DNA from: a virus
Strand: one strand, 5' to 3'
Length of the DNA: 64,000 nucleotides
IMG/VR virus record: IMGVR_UViG_3300038428_000280
Span: 1 to 64,000 of that record
Made by a program: the position numbers and the translations under genes. Positions 9,427-18,149 of this stretch are shown here, piece after piece. The first letter of the stretch is position 1, and each line of letters starts with the position of its first letter. The notes beneath the pieces are model-generated. The model ran no database searches and had not been told where the DNA came from. It worked only from the letters and a program-made list of their open reading frames with translations.

Positions 9427-10260
9427 TTATATCGTTTGGTTATGATTACAATATTCCTGAAAGGCTATTTCCGAAACCCTTTTCACAATAGGAGCCTTTG
9501 GTGCAGCATAAGTTCCTGCTGAAGTGAAGGAATTGAGTTCCATTAACCAGTAATTTTGGTCGGAGTCTTCACAAATGTCAATCGTAAAAATCGGGTCAGG
9601 ATACCATCCAATATCAAGAATTTGTTTGCATAGTTGTGTGGCCTTTTCCGGCGCACTTGGAATATAGGTGCGTTGTCCCTGATAATAGTAAAGGGATGTT
9701 CCCAAGATTTCCTTTTGATTGGTGACAATGTACCGCCACTCCCCAACGATGTTTTTCGGGGTGGAGACGACAACCAAATCTTCATTCTTGGAATTGCACA
9801 ATACAGCATTATCCCAAAATCTATCAAAATCCTGTAAGTCTAACAGCTTGCCACTAAAGGACTTATCGCCTACATCAGGCCGAACATAAATTACAGCTTC
9901 CTTACCGAAAGTGTGGTAAAACCACCACTTGTTATGCTTTAATCCAGCAACAGTAGTGAATACGTGTTTATCATTGAACAAAAATTTTTGAAAATGGGGG
10001 TAGTACGTACTACAAAGATAGTTGTCATCCGTCATCCACCCTAACGGGTAGGCGGGTAATTCAGTTTTCAATTTTCTGAACAATTGAATTGAACCTTGAA
10101 ACACAACGCATTCATTTGGTTCAATCAAACCCTGTCTTAATTCAAAATGATTCCTAATATCAAGGACAATACATTCCATACCCTGATTTCGGATTTCCGC
10201 AATAAGGTCTTCGTAACCATTATCACCCACAAAATTTTCCACCAACCATTTTAGTTTCAT
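9427..10260 (-). CDS. ATP-grasp domain protein (DUF4343/R2K-like)
   Basis: YVRPD..KSFSG, EWRYIV, FTIDI and MELNSFTSAGTY motifs. Confidence 0.8.
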   Translation of the reverse strand: MKLKWLVENFVGDNGYEDLIAEIRNQGMECIVLDIRNHFELRQGLIEPNECVVFQGSIQLFRKLKTELPAYPLGWMTDDNYLCSTYYPHFQKFLFNDKHVFTTVAGLKHNKWWFYHTFGKEAVIYVRPDVGDKSFSGKLLDLQDFDRFWDNAVLCNSKNEDLVVVSTPKNIVGEWRYIVTNQKEILGTSLYYYQGQRTYIPSAPEKATQLCKQILDIGWYPDPIFTIDICEDSDQNYWLMELNSFTSAGTYAAPKAPIVKRVSEIAFQEYCNHNQTI

Positions 10261-10559
10261 AATTCAATCTGAACTATCACCAATTTTTTCTTTATCATGT
10301 ATGCTAATCCTTTGAGAAAGGCTTCAACGGTATGCTTGTCATCATTTGGCATTTCCATAGGAATACCATCCGATGCTCCCCCATTATACATTTCAACAAT
10401 CCTTTTATACACATCATCAAAAGTCAGTTTTTCTCCGCTGTGACCCCAAACGTGGACGCCAAAAGGAAGGTCTTTGGTGCTATCATATTTTCCAAAATAT
10501 TCATCACCACGATAGTTTCCATTTTCATCATGGGTGTTTCGGATAAAATAAATTTTCAT
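10257..10559 (-). CDS. Hypothetical protein
   Basis: ATGA-overlapped ORF. Confidence 0.6.
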   Translation of the reverse strand: MKIYFIRNTHDENGNYRGDEYFGKYDSTKDLPFGVHVWGHSGEKLTFDDVYKRIVEMYNGGASDGIPMEMPNDDKHTVEAFLKGLAYMIKKKLVIVQIEL

Positions 10560-10738
10560 AATTTACCTATGTCTTCAAAAATGGTTTTTATGTAATCGGT
10601 TTTTGTTTTTTCTTTGGCTCGCCTTATTAAAATTTCAAATATTTTGTTTTTACAGTCTTGAAATCCTCTTTCATAGTCTGTGGCTTTGTTGGCTGATACT
10701 AGAAAGTCCAAAGAAAATCGTTTGCTTAAATCACTCAT
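10556..10738 (-). CDS. Hypothetical protein
   Basis: ATGA-overlapped ORF; resembles the C-terminus of 46069..46359. Confidence 0.6.
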   Translation of the reverse strand: MSDLSKRFSLDFLVSANKATDYERGFQDCKNKIFEILIRRAKEKTKTDYIKTIFEDIGKL

Positions 10739-10938
10739 AATTTTTCATCTATCAATATTTGTGGAATTTTCATTGGCATAATATATCCCGGCGAAACACG
10801 GCAGTCAAACTCTAAATCAACCCTAATACATCCACAATATCTACACCATTTGACAACTTGTTCTGATTCGTCCCACGAATGGCGATGACGCAATACTATT
10901 ATCAAATCATGGTTTCCCTTTTTACAATCTTCTTTCAT
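10735..10938 (-). CDS. Hypothetical protein
   Basis: C..GNH and WCRYCG motifs. Confidence 0.6.
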   Translation of the reverse strand: MKEDCKKGNHDLIIVLRHRHSWDESEQVVKWCRYCGCIRVDLEFDCRVSPGYIMPMKIPQILIDEKL

Positions 10939-11327
10939 GATAAAAGTTCAAATGTTCCATCGTTGTTGTATTGTATTTTATAGGAAGTTATGCCTTTTTT
11001 ATTCAATTCTTTCATTTTCTTCCAATAATAAACATACGATTCAGCAAGTTCTTTGCAATTTCTTGGTTGTTTTTTTACATCACGCCATACCGTTGCAATA
11101 ATCAATCCGCTTATATCATCTGCATGGTCAATTCCATACTCTTTTTTAAACCACTTGACCAACTTTGATTTTTTGTTCCACAAAAACCATTCATTTCGTA
11201 TATGCATCCCAAAAGAAAAATGAACGCTGGACGAATTGGATTCACTCTTAATATAATTTAAATCTTCTTCATCAAGATGGTCTTTAATGATAGAAACGGC
11301 TTCATCCAAATTTGATGGCACTTTCAT
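10935..11327 (-). CDS. DUF6794-like protein
   Basis: PSNLDEA, HFSFGMHIRNEWFLW and GIDHADDISGLI motifs. Confidence 0.7.
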   Translation of the reverse strand: MKVPSNLDEAVSIIKDHLDEEDLNYIKSESNSSSVHFSFGMHIRNEWFLWNKKSKLVKWFKKEYGIDHADDISGLIIATVWRDVKKQPRNCKELAESYVYYWKKMKELNKKGITSYKIQYNNDGTFELLS

Positions 11328-12097
11328 ATTTTCAACGGACGCTTTTCAATGACTTCCTTGATTGAATCTTTCCATGCAATCTTGGTGTTGCCTTTTAATT
11401 CGTTGACCAACCACATGATATTTTCATCCCCTTGCCACTTGATGACTTCATCACAGGCAACGGCGATTTCAGGCGATGATTTCTTGACTCTAGCATTGAT
11501 TTTATTCATCTTACCAATCCAAATGGTATCGGTAACGTAGGATTCCATTTTTTTGAACATATCCAATGTTTCTTCAACGGTGCCCAACATGGGTTCCATG
11601 CTGACACTTGTGGAAAAGCCTTCGCTATAAGCATATTTCAAACAATTGAATCTTTCAGATATTGCGGGGGCACCCGGCTCCCAAAATTTCGCCCTCTCCT
11701 CAGAGGGGGTACCAATGGTGAATCTGAATAAAATATTGGCGGCCCAAGGTTTTAATTCTTTACACATTTCCATTACACAAACCATGTGGGGTTTGGAAAC
11801 AATCAAAACTTTATTGCCCTTTGACAATAAATTTTTCAATGCTTCCAAAGCATAAGGCAAATAATAGGGAGAAATGTCGTGAGTGGTGGGAAACATAATC
11901 CACCCATTCTTTTTGGAAACAGGAGGCATTTTGTCCTTGATTTTTTCAGTTGTCCACGCATCAGAAGATTCAACAAACCTGTATCTCAAAGCGTTGGTTC
12001 TAGCGTAACAATATCTGCAATTGTGAGAACAGCCTATTCCTATGTTATAATTTGAATCCGCCCATTCTCTCGTTCCTGTTTTTCTTTTGGTTGACAT
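11324..12097 (-). CDS. Radical SAM protein (spore photoproduct lyase-like / DUF5131-like)
   Basis: GCSHNCRYCYA CxxxCxxC motif, WEPGAP and SMEPML. Start moved to ATG 12097, just after a promoter. Confidence 0.8.
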   Translation of the reverse strand: MSTKRKTGTREWADSNYNIGIGCSHNCRYCYARTNALRYRFVESSDAWTTEKIKDKMPPVSKKNGWIMFPTTHDISPYYLPYALEALKNLLSKGNKVLIVSKPHMVCVMEMCKELKPWAANILFRFTIGTPSEERAKFWEPGAPAISERFNCLKYAYSEGFSTSVSMEPMLGTVEETLDMFKKMESYVTDTIWIGKMNKINARVKKSSPEIAVACDEVIKWQGDENIMWLVNELKGNTKIAWKDSIKEVIEKRPLKI

Positions 12098-12102
12098 ACT
12101 AC

Positions 12103-12130
12103 AGAATATCACCCTTTTAAAAAAAGTCAA
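12103..12130 (-). promoter_or_regulatory. sigma70-type promoter (leaderless)
   Basis: TTGACT-16nt-TATTCT; ATG 5 nt downstream. Confidence 0.6.
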
Positions 12131-12136
12131 GCCTTG

Positions 12137-12370
12137 TTATCCATCTACAGGAGAAGGTTTAATTTGACATTCAAAAACAGAAATACAAGAAAATGGATAA
12201 ATTTGTGGGTCAATTGGATATGGTTTGTCCAATTCTACTATCCAACTTCTCCCTATGCCCGGAAGGTCGTCGGTAGTTGCCCCATGAATTATGCCAAATC
12301 CTTTTATTTTTCCATCAAGGTCAAAATAGATTCTTTCACCTTCTTTATGTTTATATTTTTCTTCACTCAT
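12137..12370 (-). CDS. Small hypothetical protein (paralog of 8306..8503)
   Basis: Start MSEEKY; GERIYFD..KGFGII..YPFSC. Confidence 0.6.
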   Translation of the reverse strand: MSEEKYKHKEGERIYFDLDGKIKGFGIIHGATTDDLPGIGRSWIVELDKPYPIDPQIYPFSCISVFECQIKPSPVDG

Positions 12371-12371
12371 A

Positions 12372-13385
12372 TTATTTTCCTGTTGGTGGTGGTGCAAAAC
12401 CAAGAGGCCGGCCATCATACTCATAGTTTCTACTATTCAAAGTTGAGGTTGTTGCTCTCATCATTTCCTTTAAAGTTTCAACCGCTTCTTCAAACTTTTT
12501 CTCAAAACAACACACGGAAATAACAAGTTCAGCACAAGCAGCAAATGAAAATCCTTCGGAGGCCAAAACCCATTTTTCAATTTCATCATCAGAAACTTTT
12601 AATTTCTTTTCAAAATACATTTTTCTGACAGCGGGTGTGGGCATGTTGATTTGAATCACCCGGTCAAATCTTCTTGGCCTTGCCACCAATCGTTTGTCCA
12701 ATTTTTCAGGATAATTGGTGGTAGCGATGTTCAAAACCTTGTCAATCTGATTTTCGCCGTCCAACAACGTAAGGATTTCGTCTTCACCATGTTCATCAAC
12801 AATGGCATCAATATCTTCAAACAAGCACACAATGGGCCGGTTGGGTTCAACTTTTCTGAATTGGGATAATCCATCATTGAATATGGCTGGGTGGTTGTTG
12901 CATTGAAAAACAAGGCCGTCTTCCCTTACAATATCAGCAATAATCTGTTGGACAAGGCAGGTCTTGCCGGAACCTGCGGGGCCGTGTAACAAATACCCCC
13001 TACGGTGTAGGAAGCCATGTTCCAAAAATTTCTTACCTTTACCCCAAAAGGTGGTAATCTCAGCAAGAATTTTATCTGAAACCGAATCGGGAAATCTTAG
13101 AAGGTCATCAATGCATATATGCTTTTTTTGATAAATTATTCCGTGATATTGACTGACCGCAATACTATACACTCCACTTTGGAGTTTGGGAAAAGTAACT
13201 GAAACAGGCTTGTAAGTATTGGGGCCACAAACGGCCCATTGGACAAGAGAGATTGAATTCAATATGTCATTGTGTTCGTCTTTTTCAACAGCAGGCATGT
13301 CAGGTCGGCCACTACTTTTTGATTTCCTTGCTAAGTTAGCAGGTCTTGGGGCTGTTCCGAAAACTTCAAGATTCATTTCACTCAT
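12372..13385 (-). CDS. AAA+ ATPase
   Basis: RRGYLLHGPAGSGKT, FEDID, TTNYPEKLD and RPRRFD motifs. Confidence 0.9.
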   Translation of the reverse strand: MSEMNLEVFGTAPRPANLARKSKSSGRPDMPAVEKDEHNDILNSISLVQWAVCGPNTYKPVSVTFPKLQSGVYSIAVSQYHGIIYQKKHICIDDLLRFPDSVSDKILAEITTFWGKGKKFLEHGFLHRRGYLLHGPAGSGKTCLVQQIIADIVREDGLVFQCNNHPAIFNDGLSQFRKVEPNRPIVCLFEDIDAIVDEHGEDEILTLLDGENQIDKVLNIATTNYPEKLDKRLVARPRRFDRVIQINMPTPAVRKMYFEKKLKVSDDEIEKWVLASEGFSFAACAELVISVCCFEKKFEEAVETLKEMMRATTSTLNSRNYEYDGRPLGFAPPPTGK

Positions 13386-13394
13386 AATGCAAAG

Positions 13395-13422
13395 ATCCTA
13401 CACCAAATTGAAATAGAGTCAA
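13395..13422 (-). promoter_or_regulatory. sigma70-type promoter
   Basis: TTGACT-16nt-TAGGAT, immediately after the terminator. Confidence 0.55.
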
Positions 13423-13426
13423 TTTA

Positions 13427-13463
13427 TAAAAAAAAGGCGTGGAGATTTCTCACCACGCCTTTT
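13427..13463 (-). terminator. Intrinsic terminator after the DUF2828 gene
   Basis: AAAAGGCGTGG..CCACGCCTTTT stem with a long U tract on the minus strand. Confidence 0.85.
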
Positions 13464-13483
13464 CTGTAATCTACGATAATTTG

Positions 13484-15100
13484 TTAAATCACGATAGCGT
13501 TGTAACGCTTGTCGGTGATTGCCGACAACATCAAGTCCAACGGAGTCAAATACTTAGCCGAACAAATCTTCTTCAAGATTGAAGGATGGCTACCGCTGAC
13601 CAAAGCCACACCGGCATCGGAGAACTTGATTGGCACGTTATTCTGACGCGAATCCACCTGCCACCAAACAACGTTTGGAAGCTTGTAACCTGCGAGTTCA
13701 AACTTTTCCTTCATTACTTCAAAGTTGGTCTTGTCATTATCTGAACTAGCCATGTCAAATTGCATGTCTGAAATGATAAACAACATCGCAGGCATATCCT
13801 TTTGTGGAACATGATTTGCCACCGCAGTTTTTAGTATCAAATCAAAAGAGGCTTGAAGATTGGTGTTGCCATCCCAACCACCGTCATCCAAATTCTTCCA
13901 CTTTTCCAACAGATTGTTACCAATAAGTCGGTGGAAGCAAGGGTTCATTGAGAAAGTCATGAATACATCCTTGAAGGGACCAATATTTCTTTCAGCAAAG
14001 TAAATTGCCAAAGATACGGCTACATACAAAGGAAGACCGTGCATAGAACCGGATGTATCAGCAATAACCAATCCTTTGCCGTCGCCGTCAATAAAATTGG
14101 GAAGAGCCTTCCATTGCAAATCAGCCGCCTTCAATGAAGTTGCTGACTGAGCATTTTCCACAATAGTTCGGAGAATGTCATATGGAAATACGGCACTAGC
14201 GTTAATCTTGGCTTCGCCCTTTTCAACGCGGCTGAGGTATTCCTTGTAACTTTCATTGGCTCTCTTTTCAAAAGCCTTGCGATAATTCAAAGTTGCCTTT
14301 GAAGGAACTTGTTCAAAATTAATGTCATCCCATTGACGGGCGCACATTTTGACTTCCACAACATCAATGTATTTGCGAAGTTGTGAGAGGGTCTTGCGAT
14401 ACTTCTTGGAATTCCAACCAAGCCACTCGCGGAGCTTGCGAGCCAACGCAACGGATTCCTTTGAAGAAGTGTTTTCAGACTTCAGCCATTTGGCCAATAG
14501 TGAAACATTCTTCCCTATCTTCATGTTATGCCAATCGGTAGCCAATTGCGTAGTCATCGCAATCATGGCATCTTTTTCCAATTCGGTTCCGAAGAGGGTG
14601 TAAAGGTCGTCCCAACGTCCGTAAAGAGGAACGTTCAAAACGTTTTTACGAACAATGTCCGGATAATTACTAGCCAACCACTTTAGGATGGTGCGGAAAG
14701 TTTTGCGCTCGCCCTGTCCACCACGAATATCGCGGATATAGAACAAGGTCTTGAGGGCCAAGAGCTTGTCTTCGGCAAAAGCCTTGGTGAAAAGTTGAAC
14801 CACTTCGCTATCAGTGCGCTTACGCAAAGCACCTGCATTACCGAAGAAATCAAGAAGATTGCTAAGTGTGCTCTTGTAGGCAAGAGCTAGGTTTTCAGTG
14901 ACAGTAACATTGCTGGCATTTTCAAGGCCGGCCACAAGGGAATTTTTTCCGCTTGAACCAAACGGTGATACATACTCAGTATAGCAATTCTTTGCTATTT
15001 CTCTAAGTTGTTCATTGGATACTTTGTTAGGTCGTGATTCCTCATAACCAAATTGGGATGCCTTGACTGCCATTTTCTTGACTGATGCGTTCTTCTTCAT
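13484..15100 (-). CDS. TROVE/Ro60-like helical domain plus vWA protein (DUF2828-type)
   Basis: TENLALAYKST, LDFF, FYIRDIRGGQGER, YGRWDDL, LLAKW and VPSKA motifs; vWA DTSGSM, TNLQASFDLIL, ISDMQFD. Confidence 0.87.
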   Translation of the reverse strand: MKKNASVKKMAVKASQFGYEESRPNKVSNEQLREIAKNCYTEYVSPFGSSGKNSLVAGLENASNVTVTENLALAYKSTLSNLLDFFGNAGALRKRTDSEVVQLFTKAFAEDKLLALKTLFYIRDIRGGQGERKTFRTILKWLASNYPDIVRKNVLNVPLYGRWDDLYTLFGTELEKDAMIAMTTQLATDWHNMKIGKNVSLLAKWLKSENTSSKESVALARKLREWLGWNSKKYRKTLSQLRKYIDVVEVKMCARQWDDINFEQVPSKATLNYRKAFEKRANESYKEYLSRVEKGEAKINASAVFPYDILRTIVENAQSATSLKAADLQWKALPNFIDGDGKGLVIADTSGSMHGLPLYVAVSLAIYFAERNIGPFKDVFMTFSMNPCFHRLIGNNLLEKWKNLDDGGWDGNTNLQASFDLILKTAVANHVPQKDMPAMLFIISDMQFDMASSDNDKTNFEVMKEKFELAGYKLPNVVWWQVDSRQNNVPIKFSDAGVALVSGSHPSILKKICSAKYLTPLDLMLSAITDKRYNAIVI

Positions 15101-15119
15101 AACGGTTCCTTTTTGTTGC

Positions 15120-15288
15120 GAGATAGTTGTTTTTCCTATAATGGATTAATTGCTGTTCCTATCTCAAATTTTTATAAACTAGATTCGCTTTTTTGTCAAT
15201 TTTATTGCTGCACGAATCTAAAAATCTAGCTAGATGCCATTTTTGTTTTTCTTTTGAATGAAAAAAATTTTATTGCTGTTAGCATCTA
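15120..15288 (-). ncRNA. Array of three hairpins with a conserved CAGCAAU loop motif in the DUF2828 leader
   Basis: Units at 15231-15288, 15180-15220 and 15120-15165. Each has a perfect 7-8 bp stem, then CAGCAAT, then an A-rich loop. Confidence 0.75.
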
Positions 15289-15309
15289 AATCTTCTACTT
15301 GATGTTGAC

Positions 15310-15338
15310 ATCATATACTAACTTCGGGTCAGTGTCAA
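15310..15338 (-). promoter_or_regulatory. sigma70-type promoter for the hairpin array and DUF2828 gene
   Basis: TTGACA-17nt-TATGAT, inside the imperfect inverted repeat GATGTTGACA...TGTCAAGCATC. Confidence 0.75.
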
Positions 15339-15401
15339 GCATCTTTTCAATGTTCCGAATACCCATATATAGGGACGAAAAAGAAAAAGCGCAAAAAATT
15401 T

Positions 15402-15686
15402 TCAAATCTGAAAATTATTAATTTCTTCAATTAAATCATCCCAACACAGAAGACCACAACTATGATGGTCAATTGGGCATTCGTGATATTCAAATCCATC
15501 ACCTTTTGAATGAATAGTTTCACAATAAACTTCGCCATTTCTTAAAGAAATTCTTGGGGTCACGCCATCTTCTGAACGAAAATCACCAGCGGTGTAATTA
15601 TTAGCACATACCTTGTTCCAAGGGCAATTTTTTTCAAGACAGATTACCGCTTTACATTTGTCTTTTGGTTCTACATTTATTTTCAT
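15402..15686 (-). CDS. Cys-rich hypothetical protein
   Basis: 94 aa with multiple Cys; ATGA-type overlap. Confidence 0.6.
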   Translation of the reverse strand: MKINVEPKDKCKAVICLEKNCPWNKVCANNYTAGDFRSEDGVTPRISLRNGEVYCETIHSKGDGFEYHECPIDHHSCGLLCWDDLIEEINNFQI

Positions 15687-16051
15687 CTACCAAGATAAAT
15701 AAAAGGCTTCACAATATTATGTTCATCCATTGTGACAAATCCTTTTGCTATTGCCCATCTTATGGATGCGTCAAAGCCCCAATTACACGTTCCCCAGCGT
15801 TCACCACAATATTCGGCAGCTTCTCGCCATGCTCGGCTTTTACGAACAGGGTTGTAAGATAAACGACACACGTAATTGATAAATTTTATCGTTCTATCAG
15901 GATACGGTCTTCCTTCCCCCGGATGGGTTAACAATTCGTGTTCTTCCCACATTGTTAGGATTTTGGAAGTCTTTTGCTTGGTAGTAGTGATTGGTGTCAG
16001 CTTTCCTTCGTATTCTTCACCGTTAATGCTTGTTTTAATTTTAAGTTCCAT
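15683..16051 (-). CDS. Hypothetical protein
   Basis: 122-aa ORF downstream of a TTGACA promoter. Confidence 0.6.
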   Translation of the reverse strand: MELKIKTSINGEEYEGKLTPITTTKQKTSKILTMWEEHELLTHPGEGRPYPDRTIKFINYVCRLSYNPVRKSRAWREAAEYCGERWGTCNWGFDASIRWAIAKGFVTMDEHNIVKPFIYLGR

Positions 16052-16113
16052 AAGTATATTCCATTTTTGTTAGACAGGATATACCATTATTTTTAAATGT
16101 CAAGTCATAAAAA

Positions 16114-17220
16114 TCATCGGTTGACACCACTCAAAAAACGTTTTTTGGTTTCTTCAAAGGTCAGATGAGCCGCATCGTCGTAATACACCGATTTTGCAAT
16201 CAAACGATTTTCAGATTGCAGTTTTGTAAACCGTTTGATGGCTGACACCTTCCACTGTTCTATTTGTTTTTCCAAGTCTTTTAATTCCTGAATGGGTTTC
16301 AATTGGGATTCTTCTATTTTACATTGTAGAAAATCATTGCTGTTTTCATATAGGGAAACATAATGAACACCACGTTGAATTCCGTGATAAATCGTTTTAT
16401 AATCTATTCCCAAATCTTTGCAAATATTTCTCATCAACTCATCTTTATAACGATTGGGATTTACATCATCATCTTTTTTCACAGGTGCCGGATACTTAAT
16501 TTTCCAATCATTTAACACAATTTCCGGCAATTCTATGGGTACTTTCCCTGACGTTGTTCCTAAATTCTGCCAAAATTTTATACCGGTGTATTGGCAAAAA
16601 GACCCATAAAGACTTGTGGTGGTCACTCCAACAACCATGTCACCATATTTTTCCTTCCATGCGTTTCTAAAATAATCTGTTACCACAATTCTAGCCAATA
16701 ACTTGCCACCCAAACAATTATAACCGAATGGTTGAAGAGGCACAAGAACTTGTGCGTTCATCAAATTATTTATTCGTTTATTCTTGTATTTGTGGTCTTT
16801 GGACCACCCGATGAAATTATCTCTAGCCGATAAAGCACCAATGTCTCCAGCAATGGTTATCATACCAAGAAACTTACCATCATTACTATTTTCTACAAGA
16901 AATGACAATTTTCTGCCGGGGTAGTTATTTTGAAGTGCAGAAGATGTAAACAACATGAAATTTTTGTATATGCGATACAATTCTTCATCAGAATCGTTTA
17001 CAGGCAAGATTCTTATCTTTAGATTTTTTATTTCCTCTATGGTTTTTGGATTGGAAATCTTGTATTTGGAACGCAGAAAAGGCATGATTTCATTTATATG
17101 CCTCTGAATTTCATACCATTTGATTTTTAAAGTATATTCTTCCAGCGATAGGGATTTTAATTCTTGAATCGTCGCTAGTGTTTTATCTTCTTGTGGCTCT
17201 ATAAAATCAAACAAATTCAT
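16114..17220 (-). CDS. DUF4338 / DruA-like protein (GNAT-related, possible DNA modification)
   Basis: PGRKLSFLV, RDNFIGW, LVPLQPFGYNCLGGKLLA, TTTSLYG and QY motifs. Confidence 0.75.
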   Translation of the reverse strand: MNLFDFIEPQEDKTLATIQELKSLSLEEYTLKIKWYEIQRHINEIMPFLRSKYKISNPKTIEEIKNLKIRILPVNDSDEELYRIYKNFMLFTSSALQNNYPGRKLSFLVENSNDGKFLGMITIAGDIGALSARDNFIGWSKDHKYKNKRINNLMNAQVLVPLQPFGYNCLGGKLLARIVVTDYFRNAWKEKYGDMVVGVTTTSLYGSFCQYTGIKFWQNLGTTSGKVPIELPEIVLNDWKIKYPAPVKKDDDVNPNRYKDELMRNICKDLGIDYKTIYHGIQRGVHYVSLYENSNDFLQCKIEESQLKPIQELKDLEKQIEQWKVSAIKRFTKLQSENRLIAKSVYYDDAAHLTFEETKKRFLSGVNR

Positions 17221-17226
17221 ACTTCC

Positions 17227-17255
17227 ACAGTATCAAATAAAATATACAGGGTCAA
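17227..17255 (-). promoter_or_regulatory. sigma70-type promoter (leaderless)
   Basis: TTGACC-17nt-TACTGT; ATG 6 nt downstream. Confidence 0.55.
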
Positions 17256-17260
17256 GAAGA

Positions 17261-17833
17261 TTATATTTCTGTACCTTGAAAGTGTTTTTTGAGGGCAACC
17301 TTGAGGGCAACACGATTATAAGGATGGTCGCCAGCTAATAACATGGTTTCAATATCCTTCTCATTTTTGCCCATGTTTTTTAACATATTAACCGACCAAT
17401 CAGCCTTGCTTAATTCATGGTTATATTCACTTTTATTTTTGAAATTGGATGTGTCTGCTTTTGTAAAATCTTTTCCCCTGTGGACAAATTCGCCTTCGGG
17501 AGCATGTCCGGTTGCACGCTCCGAATAAACATCGTCAGGACCTTCGGGCGCTTCATAAGTGTTCGGAGCCACTCGTTTTATTAAACTATTGGCGTGAAGC
17601 ATGTCCAAGGCCCAAGATACATGTCCTTCCAAATCCCATCCATATTTCCCTTGGAATCTACTTCGTACCATACTGAGTAATTCCTTAAACGTAAAAGGTT
17701 CCAATGGATTTTCTGAGAGTATGTCAAGAAGATAGTCTTCGACATCCCGGCTTACTTTGTCGTCAGAGACTTTTTTATCTCTTGGAACTTCGATAGGCTT
17801 TTCAATTGGTTCGGCTAAGGCTAATGCTGGCAT
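17261..17833 (-). CDS. Hypothetical protein, possible winged-helix domain
   Basis: FTFKELL..VSWALDMLHANSLIKRV pattern; TATTTATA upstream. Confidence 0.6.
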   Translation of the reverse strand: MPALALAEPIEKPIEVPRDKKVSDDKVSRDVEDYLLDILSENPLEPFTFKELLSMVRSRFQGKYGWDLEGHVSWALDMLHANSLIKRVAPNTYEAPEGPDDVYSERATGHAPEGEFVHRGKDFTKADTSNFKNKSEYNHELSKADWSVNMLKNMGKNEKDIETMLLAGDHPYNRVALKVALKKHFQGTEI

Positions 17834-17844
17834 GATTATAAATA

Positions 17845-18144
17845 TTATGGAAAGAAATCAAAACACCAATCTTGAACGTGGTCACACGTTTTACAAACCC
17901 AACCGTTTTCAGTGGCAATCAATTCTCGATCCAAGCAAACAATTTTTTTCCATCCATCGCCACTTCTATCATAATCAGGTGGTTCCGGAATAAAGGTTCC
18001 ATCATCTTGTTTAACAAACCAAATGCCCAATTTATCCCTACAATGTCCACAAGTATATGGATGAAATTTTCCATTGTGTTGATATTCATTAAGCTTATCA
18101 ACAATCTCTTTGGACCACGGAGCTTGTATTACTTTCATTTCCAT
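17845..18144 (-). CDS. Hypothetical zinc-binding protein
   Basis: APW..LNEYQ..FHPYTC and GWVCKTCDHVQDW motifs. Confidence 0.65.
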   Translation of the reverse strand: MEMKVIQAPWSKEIVDKLNEYQHNGKFHPYTCGHCRDKLGIWFVKQDDGTFIPEPPDYDRSGDGWKKIVCLDRELIATENGWVCKTCDHVQDWCFDFFP

Positions 18145-18149
18145 ATTTT

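Noticed and set aside
15120-15288. CRISPR mini-array, given a Cas4-like gene in the window
   Set aside because: The units are self-complementary hairpins with different stems, not identical direct repeats with spacers. Solo Cas4-like nucleases are common in phages.
16114-17220. Complete Druantia defence system
   Set aside because: Only a DUF4338-like gene is present, with no DruE helicase or other Dru genes nearby.
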